Below, piece by piece: positions 1 to 12,435 of a stretch of DNA of 64,000 nt; positions within the stretch are counted from its first letter, which is position 1; the number at the start of each line of letters is the position of its first letter. The position numbers were made by a program, and so were the translations under genes. Location of the stretch: assembly GCF_963921235.1 (NCBI RefSeq), contig NC_086097.1:112842001-112906000 (forward strand), written 5' to 3'. This stretch comes from Mobula hypostoma (Eukaryota). The notes beneath the pieces were generated by a model, which saw only the letters and a program-made list of their open reading frames with translations, did no database searches and was not told the origin of the DNA.

Positions 1-499
1 AGCATTAAGACTACCCTTTAAGAGAGTGCTGTATTTTCTATGTCACATGCCAAGGCCATACTATGTTACAGTTTGCAAACAATGAAATTAATCCTCTTTT
101 TAAGAAAAGTTATACACTGTCTTCGCTTGCAATCATACCCTCAATACTGTAAGATCGAATTCTCACAGGAAAACAATAGTACTTCTGCAGATAAAATGCC
201 AGCATAATTCAAACATCATCTGGTAGTTAAGATTGAACATTAAAATGGTAATGAGATCAAGACCTTTAAAATTTGTAATGAGCTCAATACAGATTTTAAA
301 TTTATTGTTTTCAATTCCTACAGAGCCTTAGAGTATAATCTGATTAGTTCCTTTTATTTGTGTAAACGGTATTCTAACTTTTTAAATTTCTATCAATGCC
401 ATTTTAATACATCAAATAAGGGTTTATTTTTCAGGGATGGGAAATTTGAAACGAGACTTATACTGTCTTCTGCAATTACATGAGAAGTGATTTACTCAC

Positions 500-624
500 C
501 CAAGGTTGCTTAGTGCTCGTTCAAAGAACTCATTTTGGAGAAGGATGTCATGTTGGTTTGAGAAAACATTATTTAAACTGGTTAAAACAGAACTGCAGAA
601 CTGACGCAGTGCTTCAAACTGCAT
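500..624 (-). CDS. RIMS2: Alternative first coding exon of RIMS2 (RIM2-beta-type N-terminus), 41 codons + 2 nt
   Basis: The minus strand reads ATG(624) MQFEALRQFCSSVLTSLNNVFSNQHDILLQNEFFERALSNL-GG|GTGAGT. This closely resembles the mammalian RIM2-beta leader as I recall it (MQFETLRQVCNSVLSHFHGVFSSPPNILQNELFGQTLNNAR). The donor is phase 2, the same as the upstream RIMS2 exon. Confidence 0.88.
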
Positions 625-1089
625 TTTCAGCCTTTACCCCCATGTACTGTGAGGCCGTCTATCTCACTTGTAACATCAAATGCCAAAATGCCAATCACAT
701 GCCTAAATCATCCTGACCTGTGTAAAAACTACGATCTGATGAACACCAGTCAATGGTTAATTGTTCAGACGCCACCCGCTAATTCATCCAGAGAGGCTAA
801 GAATTTTTAACACCATTACTGACTGTAGCAATAGTGCTTTGCAGCAGTGAGGGCTCCCCATTCCCAGCTGCAGCGTCGAGCACTCACAGATTTCTACTAT
901 CTGAATGCTTATTAAACAAACACAGGCAAGATGCTTTCATCAGGAATTCAAGCACATCTGACTTCCAACAACCAGGCTTCGCACGGAATCAGACCAAGGG
1001 AGGAGGCAAATGCAATGGAAAAGGAAAAGAACAGCCCGTACGTCTATACGTCTTTAAGGTACATCTCAAATGAAAAATAGGCAAATAAC
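625..1089 (-). promoter_or_regulatory. Putative 5' UTR / internal promoter of RIM2-beta
   Basis: Repeat-free unique sequence directly upstream of the alternative first exon. Position-based inference only; the TSS is not visible. Confidence 0.45.
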
Positions 1090-1107
1090 GGAGAGGGAGA
1101 GGGAGAG

Positions 1108-1142
<35 letters not shown>

Positions 1143-1495
1143 AAGAGAGAGAGACAGAGATAGAGAGAGAGAGAGAGGAGGGAGTGAGAGAGAGAGAGAG
1201 GAGAGAGAGGAGGAAGAGGGAGTGAGAGAGAGAGAGAGAAAGAGAGAGCAAGTGTGGGCATATATGTGTGTGAGAGAATGAGAGAGCAAGTGCGTATGTG
1301 AGACGGAGAGAGAGAGTGTGTGTGTGAGAGAATATGAGGGTGAGTGTCTGCGTGAAAGAGAGAGAAAGAGAGCATGTGTGTGAGACAGAGAGAGAGAATG
1401 TGTGCGAGAGAGAATGAGAGAGTGTGTGCTTGAGAGAGAATGTGTGTGTGCAAGAGAACGTGTGTGCGAGAGAATGTGTGTGAGAGAATGAAAGA

Positions 1496-1526
<31 letters not shown>

Positions 1527-2345
1527 GGAGAATGAAAGAGTGTGTGTGTGAGAGACAGAGATAGTGTGTGTGTGAGACAGAGAGAGAGTGTGTGTGTGTG
1601 TGAGAGGGAGAAAATGTGTGTGTGAGAAAGTGAGTGTGTATGTGAGAGAAAGAATGAGAGTGAGTGCGTGTGTGTGCATCTGAGAGAGTGAGTGTGTGTA
1701 TGTGAGACAGAGAGTGAGAATGTGTGTGTGAGAGAATGAGAGAGTGAGAGTGTGTGCGAGAGAATGTGTGTGTGAGAGAAAGAAAGAGAAAGTGTGTGTG
1801 TGTGTGAGAGAGGGAGAAAGTGTGTGTGAGAGAGTGTGTGTATGAGAGAGAGAATGTGTGTGTGAGAGAGTGAGTGGGTATGTGAGAGAAATAATGAGAG
1901 TGAGTGCTTGTGTGTGCATGTGAGAGAGTGAGAGTGTGTATATGAGACAGAGAGTGAGAATGTGTGTATGAGAAAATGAGAGAGTGAGTGTGTATGGGAG
2001 AGAGAGAGAACAAGAGAGTGAGTGTGTGAGAGAGAAGGAGAATGTCTGAGAGAGAATGAGAGTGAGTGTGTGAGAGACGGAATGAGACTGTGTGTGTGAG
2101 AGAGAGAATGAGAGTGAGTGTGTATGTGAGACAGACAGAGAGAGAATGAGAATGTGAGTGTGTGTGTAAGAAAGACACAGAGAGAATGTGTGTAGGAGAG
2201 AGGATGAGAGAGCGAATGTGTGTGTGAGACAGACAGAGAATGTGTGTGTGAAAAAGACTGTGTCAGTGTATGAGTGAGTATGAGTGCGAATGTAAGTGAG
2301 TGTATGAGCAAGTGTGAGTAGAAGTAGAAGTGTGAGTGTACACAC
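1090..2345. repeat. Compound (GA)n/(GT)n microsatellite array with internal higher-order duplication
   Basis: About 1.25 kb of interleaved GA and GT dinucleotide runs. The long H/T/L/S ORFs here are artefacts of the repeat. Confidence 0.97.
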
Positions 2346-2539
2346 AAATGTCCAAGCAATTGGAGAATGGTGCTACATATTTTTAACCTATGATAATATT
2401 TTCATGATAGTTAATACCTGTAATCATTATATAAATAATATTGAAGATAACAAAATGATGTATCAGATTTCAGTGAGTTCATTTTGAAACAACATATTTA
2501 TGTTAGAATTTCTGTAAAAAAGTCAGAGGGACAGAACGT

Positions 2540-2832
2540 GGAAGAAGGCCCTTCAAGCCATTGAAGCCAAGCCAACCATTAACAGCTCAATTACACTTAT
2601 CCCATCATTTTTTACTCTTCCCACTTTCATATCAGCTCCCATCAGATCACATCTACTACACACTTCAGGGAGTTTACAGCAGACAATTAACCTACCGACT
2701 CACACATCATTGGGATGTGGGAGGAAAGCAGAGAATCTGCAAGAAGCAAACTCCACCCAGACAACACTTGGTCAGGACTGAACCCAGGTCTCTAACATCA
2801 TGAGACAGCAGTTCTACTAGCTGGACTACTGC
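2540..2832 (-). mobile_element. Degenerate tRNA-derived SINE
   Basis: The reverse complement resembles the SINE copies at 44060, 30020, 50778 and 62310 (B-box-like GGGTTCAGTCC, TTTCCTCCCACATCCCAA core). Confidence 0.55.
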
Positions 2833-3799
2833 TCAGTAATTTTCCACTATCACTAAGCCCTCCGCTATCCTGATGATCTGCTCACCTGTACAATGTATCA
2901 TCGGCAGATATTTTCCACAGCAAGGGAAGGAGACAAATTCTTTGCATGTAATACGCAAAACAAAGGTGCGACAGGAACTTTCTGAAGTGCTAACATCCCT
3001 TGAGGGATGGTTTCTATTTTGGACACTCCTAGCTTGCCATTTGGGACAGCGCGTGCGCGCGCACATACATCTATAATTCATTCCTGTTGAGGTATTGTTC
3101 CATAATGAACATATTTGTTGATTAAGTTCAAAGTCTATCACAAAAACACACCGTTTAGCTAATGTCTCATGTATTTATTTAAACAGTCAGTGCAAGAATA
3201 TGATGACTTACTGCAAGCTGCCCCCTTCACATCCACGCATTACTCTGTCATAAACATTCTACTCCATCTATGTCTTGAAGATGACTTTGCACCTTATTGT
3301 CTACCTGCACTGCATTTCCTCTGTAACTGTAACACTCTATTCTGCAATCTGTTATTGTTTTCCCTCGTGCCACCTCAGTGCACTGTTGTATTGAATGGAT
3401 CTGTATGAGCAGTATGAAAGTTCATCGCTGTACCTCGGTACAAATGATAACAATTTACAAATTCTGACAATATGTTTACTCTGAGTACATTGAATATAGA
3501 TACCCTCGAGTGACAAACAGTCAAACAGTTAATAAATCAGAACTCTAAGGCACGGTTAATATATTAACTTGAGAGCAAGGCTGAGGGTTCATGACAATAG
3601 CAGGAAGACAAAAGAGACTGCTGATCGAAAACACTTACTCCACAAATGCTGCTTGAACCATTGAATCTTTCTAGTGTTCTTTTACTGTGTTGAAGATTCA
3701 TATTTTTATTACATAGGAGGAGGCCATTTGGCCTATCAATGGCAGATATCCATACAATCCCATTGAACCCATTCCATTACATATTTCACTGCAACCATC

Positions 3800-6700
3800 A
3801 TGTTCCATAAGACGTAGAAGCAGAGTTAGGCCCATTTAGCCCATTGCCTCTGCTCTGCTAATCCTTTTTGGCTGATCCATTCTCCTGGCATCTTCCTGCA
3901 ACCTTTGTCGCCCTGACTTATCAAGAACCTATCAAACCTCTGCTTTAAGGATGCAGAGGAGATTTACAAGGATGTTGCCTGGATTGGGGAGCATGCCTTT
4001 TGAGAATAGGTTGAGTGAACTCGGCTTTTTCTCCTTGGAGTGACAGAGGATGAGAGGTGACCTGATAGAGGTGTATAAGATGATTAGAGGCATTGATCGT
4101 GTGGATAGTCAGAGGTTTTTTCCCCAGGGCTGAAATGGTTGCCACAAGAGGACACAGGTTTAAGGTGCTGGGGACTAGGTACAGAGGAGATGTCAGGGGC
4201 AAGTTTTTACTTGGAGAGTGGTGATTGCGTGGAATGGGCTGCTGGCAACGGTGGTGGAGGCGGATACGATAGGGTCTTTTAAGAGACTTTTGGATAGGTA
4301 CATGGAGCTTAGAAAAATAGACGGCTATAGGTAAGCCTAGTAATTTCTAAGGTAGGGACATGTTCGGCACAACTTTGTGGGCCGAAGGGCTTGTACTGTG
4401 CTGTAGCTTTTTTATGTTTCTATGTTTCTATTTAAATATACTCAATGACTTGGCCTCCACAGCCACCTGTGGCAATGAATTCCACAGATACACTACCCTC
4501 TGGCTAAAGAAATTCCTCCTCATCTCTGTTCTAAATGGACATTACTCTATTCTGAAGCTGTGCCCTCTGGTCCTAGACTTACCCACTATAGGAAACATCC
4601 TGTCCACATCCACGCTATCTAGGCCTTACAATATTTTATTGGTTTCAATGAGATCCCCTCTCATTCTTCTACACTTCAGCGAGTATAGGCCCAGAGCCAT
4701 CAAACGCTCCTCGTATATTAACCCTTTCATTCCTGCAATTATTCTCCTCTGGACCCTCTCCAAAGCCAGAGCATCTTTTCCTCAATAAGGGTTTCAAACT
4801 GCTCACAATGCTCCAAGTGTGGTCTGACCAATGTCTTATAAAGTCTCAGCATCATATCCTTACTCCTATATTCTAGTCCTCTCAAAATGAATGCTAAACT
4901 TGCATTTGCCTTACTTACCACCAACTCAAACTACAAGACAACCTTTAGGGAATCCTGCACGAGTCCCTTTGCACCTCTGATTTTTGATTTATCTCCCTGT
5001 TTAGAAAATAGTCTATGCTTTTATTCCTTTTTCCACAGTGCATGACCACTCACTTCCCGACAGTGTATTCCATCTGCTACTCCTCTGCTCATTCTCCAAA
5101 TCTGGCTAAGTTCTTATTTCCTCAACACTGCCTACCCCTCCAGTTATCTTTGTATCATCTGTAAACTTGGCCGTTAATTTCATCATCCAAATCATTGACA
5201 CATAATATGAAAAGTAGTGGTCCCGATACTGAACCCTACAGAGCATCACGAATCACCAGCAGCCAATCAGATTAGGGCCCTTTATTCCCACTCTTTGCCT
5301 CCTGCCAGTCAGCCAACCCTCTATGCATGCTAGTTAGTATCTTTCCTTTAATACTATGGGCTCTTGTCTTGTTAAGCAACCTCATGTGCGATACCTTGAC
5401 AAAGGCTTTCTGAAACCCAAGTAAACAACATTCACTGTCTATCCTGTCCATTATTTCTTCAAAGAATTCCAACAGATTTGTCAAGCAAGATTTCTCCTTA
5501 AATAAACCGTGCTGGGATCCTGTACCAACCTGATTTTGCCAATATGCCTGCAGATTAAAATCCGCCAGGACTATCATATCATTGCCATTATTACATGCCT
5601 TTCTATCTCTGCTTGTAAATTGAAGCACACATCCTGGCTACTGTTCAGAAACCTGTATATAACTCCCATCAGGGTCTTTTTACCCTTGCAGTTCCTTAAC
5701 TCTACCCACAAGGATTCTATATCTTCCAATCCTATGTCACCTCCTTCTAAGGATTTGATTTCATTATTTACCAACAGAGTATCCCACCTCCCTCTGCCTA
5801 CCTGCCTGTTCTTTCAATACAATGTGTATCCTTGGATGTTAAGCTCCCAGTTATGATCTTCTTTTACCCATGACTCAGTGATGCCCACAACATCAAATCT
5901 CTAATTGTGCTACAAAATGATCTACTCTATACACTGCATGCATTCAAAACATAGCACCTTCCGTCCTGTATTCATCAACCTTTTTAATTTAGCCCTGATG
6001 TTACACTCCAACTCATCTCACTGACTATCATTTGCCTGTCCTTCCTCACAGTCTCAACTATGCAATGCATCAACTTGTACACTAACTGCCCTATCGTCAG
6101 CACTATCACTCTGGTTCCCATCCCCCTGCAAATAAGTTTAAACCTTCCCCAACAGATATGAAAAACTTGCCCACAAGGATATTGGTCCCCCTCCATTTAG
6201 GTGTAACCCGTACTTTTTGTACGGGTCATACCTTCCCCAGAAGAGATCCCATTGATCCAGAAATCTGAAACCCTTCCCCCTGCACCACTTCCTCAGCCGC
6301 TCCATCTGTCTATCATTCTATTCCTGCCCTGACTAGCACATGGTACAGGGTGTAATCCAGAGATTACTACCTTGGAGATCCTGCTCCTCATCCTCTCTCC
6401 TAACTCCCTATATTCACTACGCAGGACCTCCTCCCCCTTTCTACTGATGTTATTGGTGTTAATGTGCACCATGACCTCTGGCTGCTCACCCTCCCGTCTG
6501 AAAACTTTCTGCAACCATCTTGGCCCTAACACCTGGTAAGCAATACATGATTCTGGTCTCTCTTTTGCAGCCACAGAATCCCCTAACTATTAAATCTCCT
6601 ATCACTATCCCTCTGCCCGAATTTACTCTTCCCTGCTGAGCGTCAGAGCCGGACAAAGAACCACTGACCTGGATGCAGCTGGTGTACCCTGGGAGGTCAT

Positions 6701-7200
6701 CTCCTGCAGCAGTATCCAAAGGGGAATCCAAAGTTGCAGAGGGGAATGGCCTCAGTGACTACCTACTCTCCTTACCTCTCCTGGTGGTTACCCATCTACT
6801 ATCTACGCCTGCACTGTGGGTGTGACCATATCAGCACATGTCTCATCTATGAGGTTTTCAGTCTCCGGATAATCCTGAGAGCATCCAGCTCCAGTTCCAT
6901 TTTCTTGGCAATGTCAGTCAAGAGCTAAAGTTAGCTGCACTTCCTACAGGTGTAGTCATCAGGAACACTGCTATGTACCCTGAAATCACACATCTCACAG
7001 AGAGAGCTTTCTACTGCCTGAACTACCAACCTGCCTGCACTTGTTATACCTCTAACTTCCCAAGCTTAACTTCTAGCCTGTACCTGTTCTTGCCAAAGCC
7101 TGTTGAGCCAAAGTCTAGTCACTCCAACAATGTCCACTCCACTTTCATCCTACTTCATTTTATTGGCCTCTGCCGAGTGCCCAAGAGACCCTGAGCTCTT
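3800..7200 (-). mobile_element. Decayed CR1 LINE (ORF1 esterase-like plus ORF2 EN/RT remnants), interrupted by a younger CR1
   Basis: Fragments GIVIGDLIVRG..YCLPGVRA (ORF1 SGNH-like), ESLWVELRNCKGKKTLMGVIYR (EN), KSCLTNLLEFFEE (RT) and RLYKTLVRPHLEHC. Many stops and deletions. Confidence 0.85.
3949..4430 (+). mobile_element. 5'-truncated CR1 LINE 3' end
   Basis: [29 protein letters not shown] coding remnant and (TATGTTTC)n tail. Near-identical to 18120-18600. Confidence 0.92.
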
Positions 7201-7784
7201 TTTAAACCTTGTGCTGCCTGACCAACAAATGACCTCTCACAATGGTTGCAGCCCACCAAACAAAAATGCCCATTGCACCAATCGCCAGGACCCACTCTCC
7301 CCAATTCTCCTGTCATCTACCTACACAGACACTGAGGCTGGGAGATATCTACACTAACTGCAGCAGCATTGTGATGCCTGGCTTGTACCTTTTTCTTTCA
7401 AGTCAGTGAAAACCTAACTAAATAAGGGTCATATGTGGAAGTAACAAAGAAACTGGTGACATTGCAAATTGCCCTTTGTGTATAAGTGAGTGGTAGCATC
7501 TATGAGGAGTTGATGAGCCTGTGGCTAAATTAAAATGGAATTATGGTGCAGACTCAATGGACCATAGGATGTTTCTGTACCAAATAACTCAATGGCATTA
7601 AATACTAGCTTTGCAACAAAAAAAGCTTATAAAACTGGCATTTTTCCACCAAATTAGTAAGTTCGATAATTATTTTACTTTAATAACTCCTGTGATTATT
7701 TTCTTCCTCAAAGTATCATTGTCTTTTTTACTGAAGAAAGATCAAAAACCATTCTGATTTCACTTAAGATGGAACAATTCTGTG

Positions 7785-8280
7785 TTGTAGAACATAGAAC
7801 AGCACAGCACAGCACAGGCCCTTCAGCCCTTGGTGTTGTGCAGATCTGATTTAAAAAAGTAATTAAATACAGAACTGAATTAACCCCTCTGCCTAATAAT
7901 GTCAATATTCCCTCCTTTCCTCACACATTCATGTGCGTATATTCTGCCCACTAGGCATCTGTTGTATTTGCCTCCACTACCAACCCCACAGAACATTCCA
8001 GCCAATCACCACTCTCTGTGTAAAAAGAAACTTGCCCCTCTTAACTTTGAACTTCTCCACTCTCACCTTAAATGCATCTCTCCAGTATTAGATATTTCAA
8101 CCCTGAGAAAAAAATGAGATATCAACTGTCTGTCTATATCTCTTATAATCTCCCCTCAGACTCCACCAGTGAAAGCAACTCAAGTTTGTCCAATCTCTTT
8201 GTCGAGCACAAGCCCTCTAATCAAGGTAAAATCCTGGTAAACCTCTCCTGCGTCCTCTCCAAAGCCTCCACATCCTTCCC
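7785..8280 (-). mobile_element. Degenerate CR1 3' fragment
   Basis: AGAACATAGAAC tail complement, GGCCCTTCAGCCC hairpin and remnant of the CR1 ORF2 C-terminus. Confidence 0.65.
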
Positions 8281-9443
8281 ATTGCAGGCAGAGAAGATAC
8301 ACTGAAAGCTTTTGCCCCTCTTTCAAATAACTGGCAGCTATCACTATGGGGTAATTGAACCTGACAGTTCTAACACCGTCAACAGCCCGCCTACTCAAAC
8401 TTCTAACCAATCCCTGTCGCTCTCCCTGAACCGAGCACTGCCACTCATCTAACAACTGAGAGATCTGCTCCGCCCACATCTCGTACGCCTCCGCCCCTTT
8501 AGGGGTGGACAATATCACAAAAGCCAGTGGAGCCTGCCATAGCTGGAACATTTATTCGCAGACACTATCTCCGAATCAGACCGCTCTTTCCTCTCTCTCC
8601 TAACAGTATGGACAGGCCCTGGTCCCACCACCAACACGCATGCAATAATAACCAGCAATCCCACAGAGACACACATTACTGATTTAAATATGGCAATCAC
8701 GCAGCATACCACTGAATTCAATCCCGGTCGAGCCCCCAAATGTAGCCCGCCCCCCCAGTAAACCTCAGGCTCACCCAACTTGCTTTCGTCTAGGGGAAGC
8801 AGCTTTCGGCCCTACCAAACTGAGTAATCAAGTTTGTTTAGATGCTGTGTGTTGTACCCCACTCCGCCAAATAACAGACAATACACCAAATACGAGTAAA
8901 TGATTACAATTTATAGATATTACCTGAAATATATAATTAATAGAGATAAAATATAAAAGGAAAGTAAAAGGCGCCAAACTTATCAAAGTTCAACCTTTTC
9001 GTGCACAAACAGTTGGAGCTCTAGTAATGATCCTCTTTTCACCATTCGATCCCCTCTGACCACCTTGACCACCAGCTGGGACCAACCACGGTGGTCGACC
9101 AGACGCTCCACACGAGTCTGTCTTTGTCTCCTCTCCTTGCCGAAGACCCTGGACCTTGGACTCCGGCTCGGGGTCCGCCCCATTGGCCAGCTCACAGCAT
9201 CGCATCCAGTCTCGCTCTCTCTCTCTCCCCCCCCATCGCGCCTTCTGCCCAAAAACCCGCGCATCACAATAGCTTACAGACACACAAGAAAGAATAACAT
9301 CTATCCCAATTGGTTAGCAACCGAACACAACTCCTCTATAACCCAAACAAGCTGCTAGCGAGAGAACTTTCTCAGCAGTTAACATAACAAAGAAGCCATT
9401 TTGATTAGCCTATGCAGTAACATAAAAGAAGAAACTCCTTACA
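8281..9443 (-). mobile_element. Truncated Gypsy/Ty3 LTR retrotransposon: 5' LTR (9443-8741), tRNA-Pro PBS (8738-8721), PNMA-like gag fragment
   Basis: The LTR is bounded by TGTA..TACA. After 2 nt comes TGGGGGCTCGACCGGGAT (one mismatch to the tRNA-Pro PBS). The gag-like peptide is [46 protein letters not shown]. Confidence 0.88.
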
Positions 9444-9574
9444 CCATAATGAGCCAACCAGAATTAAGTGCAGTAGTACATTACTAAAGGTGTATGCCAA
9501 CTGATCTGACAAAAACTGAAGAGACTAGCACCACGTTGTATTTAAACAAGTTATGTACAAGGGATGTAATGAAG

Positions 9575-10836
9575 TACACTCAGTGGCCACCTTATTAGTC
9601 ATAGTCATTATCATACTTTATTGATCCCAAGGGAAATTGGGTTTCGTTACAGTTGCATCAACCAAGAATAGAGTATAAATATAGCAATATAAAACCATAA
9701 ATAATTAAATAATAATATGTAAATTATGCCAGATGGAAATAAGTCCAGGACCAGCCTACTGGCTCAGGGTGTCTGACCCTCCAAGAGTGGAGTTGTAAAG
9801 TTTGATGGCCACAGGCTGGAATGACTTCCTATGACGCTCAGTGTTGCATCTCAGTGGAATGAGTCTCTGGCTGAATGTACTCCTGTGCCCAACCAGTACG
9901 TTATGTAGTGGATGGGAGACATTGTCCAAGATGGCATGCAACTTGGACAGCATCCTCTTTTCACCACCGTCAGAGAGTCCAATTCCATCCCTACAACATC
10001 ACTGGCCTTACGAATGAATTTGTTGATTCTGTTGGTGTCTGCCACCCTCAGCCTGCTGCCCCAGCACACAACAGCAAACATGATAGCACTGGCCACCACA
10101 GACTCGTTGAACATCCTAAGCATCGTCCGACAGATGTTAAAGGACCTCAGTTTCCTCAGGAAATAGAGACAGCTCTGACCCTTCTTGTCGACAGCCTCAG
10201 TGTTCTTTGACCAGTCCAGTTTATTGTCAATTCGCATCCCCAGGTATTTGTAATCCTCCACCATGTCCACACTGACCCCCTGGATGGAAACAGGGGTCAC
10301 TGGTGCCTTAGCTCTCCTCAGGTCTACCACCAGCTCCTTAGTCTTTTTCACATTAAGCTGTACATTAGGCACACCTGTACACCCGCTCATTAATGCAAAC
10401 ATCTAATCAACAAATCAGGTGACACCAACTCAGTGTATAAAAGCATGCAGACATGGTCAAGAGGTTCAGTTGTTGCTCAGACCAAATATCAGAATGGGGA
10501 AGAAATGCGATCTAAGTGACTTTGACAGTGGAATGATTATGGTGACAGATGGTGTGGTTTGAGTATCTCAGAAGCTGCTGATCTCTGGGGACGCTCACAC
10601 CTCTAGAGTTTACAGAGAATGACTCAAAAAACAAAAACATCCAGTGAGCAGCAGTTCTGTGGGTGAAAATGCCCTGTTAATGAGAGAGGTCAGAGGAGAA
10701 TGGCCAGACTGGTTCAAGCTGACAGGAAGGGGGCAGTAACTCAAATAACCACACATTATAACAGTGGTGTACAGAAGAGCTCTCTGAATGCACAGAATGT
10801 TGAACCTTGAAGTGGATGGGCTACAGTAGCAGAAGA
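9575..10836 (+). mobile_element. Tc1/mariner transposon remnant (left end plus HTH-region transposase), interrupted by a Rex/Babar LINE
   Basis: TA-CACTCAGTGGCCAC(C)TTATTAG terminus and a decayed MGKKCDLSDFD..GLSISEAADL..RMARLVQADRK..MGYSSRR transposase N-terminus. Confidence 0.82.
9599..10363 (-). mobile_element. 5'-truncated Rex/Babar-type LINE
   Basis: QLNVKKTKELVVDLRR..VEDYKYLG..LYFLRKLRSF peptide, AATAAAG-(ATGACT)n tail and ATTAG target duplication (9594-9598 / 10364-10368). Confidence 0.9.
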
Positions 10837-11684
10837 TTGCATTGCCTAGAAATTGCAACCCAATTTCTTAGAAACTCTAGCTCATTCAAAGGATGCAATA
10901 GATGAACAAAGATACTGCAGTGGGTGGCAATGATGATTTCAGCCATTGGCCTTCTGCTAAAAATTCGAGAATCTAAAGTATGCTTTAGTTACCCCTTTTT
11001 AGAGGCCAAGTTCAAGGAGACTATTGATGAGGGGAACAATCAACCCACAGGGGGCAGGAGGCAGTGAAACTTAGCGATGGAAGGAAGGGGAGGCACAGAT
11101 CAGGAAGGTACAACAGCTGGGAAGTTATGAGGGAGAAACTGGGAGACTGGCAGTCAGAAGTGCAACCCTCTGAGAATACGGCTCCGTTTCTCCTTCAGTA
11201 CGCCAAAAAAGAAATCTTAGAAGACAAGGAATCTGTCTCCTCATGCAGGCTGATGCAAAAATCCCATTGAGGTACACAGATGACACACTCATCGGTGCTC
11301 GGTTGATACGAAATTATCCAGAAATTCACTGCAGGGAAAAAAAATCCTGACACAGCAATAAAAAGAACAGCGTTATGCAACTGAACTTCTAGACGTGTCC
11401 TGTTTCAAGGTAAAGTGAAATTGCCTTGTTGTAACTCAGTACGCTACAAAACTAAGTTGATTCGTACATTTCTGTCTTATTAGACCACACTGCATCATGC
11501 ACTTTCTCACTATGACCAGTTAACCGCTTGGGCACGAGAGACCGCCACAGCTTCTCCTCTCAACAATGCTCCACTAGTAAGCTAACTAAAGTAACACAAA
11601 CCTAGCACTAACAATATGTAGGTCGACACTGCAGTGCCAGTGATTCTGGGAGTCAAGTCCACAAAAACTCCATGGACTGCAATA

Positions 11685-11890
11685 AAAACAGAGAGCTGGA
11701 AATATTTAGCAGGCAAGGCAGCACCTTTCGAGAGTGAAGCAAAGTTCACATTTCAGGTCAATGACCCTTCATCAGATTTCACTGTTTTAAATTATTAACC
11801 CTGTTCCTCTTTCCACCGACGCTGTCTGCTGCTGATTGCAGTAGCTCCCTCTCTCTTCTTTTTTAATTCAGATTTCCCACACCTGCATTT
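11685..11890. mobile_element. Penelope-like terminal-repeat fragments in inverted orientation
   Basis: The minus strand carries CTGATGAAGGGTCATTGACCTGAAA (11775-11751). A degenerate opposite-orientation arm follows. Confidence 0.6.
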
Positions 11891-11994
11891 TGTTTGTTCT
11901 TCACTTCATCTACGGTTACATATGTCACGTGTAAGTCTTTCATAAAATTAACAAACGCAGAAAAAGAAGAAAGGACAAAACCAGAATTTATAAA

Positions 11995-12435
11995 TACAAG
12001 AGATTCTGCAGGTGCTGGAAATCCAGAGTAACACACACACACACAAAATGCTGGAGGAACTCAGCAGGCCAGGCAACGTCTGTGGAGAATGAAGAGAGTT
12101 GATGCTTTGGGCTGAGTCCCTTCATTGGGACTGGAAGGGGAGGGGAGAAGAAGCCAGAATAAGAAGGTGGGGGAGGGGAAGGAGTACAGGCTGGAAGGTG
12201 CCAGGTGAAGTCAGATGGGTGGGGGTGGAGCAGATGAAGTGAGAAGCTGGGAGGTGATAGGTGGGAAAGGTAAAGGGCTGAAGAAGGAATCCAAAAAGAA
12301 GAGGAGAGTAGACCATGGGCGAAAGCGAAGGAGGAGAGGCACCAAGGGGGGGAGATGATATGCAGGTGAGGAGAAGAGAACAAGTAAGACTGGGGCCAGA
12401 GTGAGGAACATAAGAAGAGAGAAGGGGGAGGGTGA
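11995..12435 (-). mobile_element. Penelope-like (Neptune-type) 3' region / terminal repeat
   Basis: Same sequence family as 34020-34395, 35760-36150 and 30205-30455 (pyrimidine-rich tract, degenerate hammerhead, CTGCTGAGTTCCTCCAGCATTTTGTGTG). Confidence 0.8.

Noticed and set aside
989..2359. Three long minus-strand ORFs (370-456 aa) rich in H/T/L/S
   Set aside because: They are translations of the CA/CT dinucleotide array. Stop codons are absent for compositional reasons.
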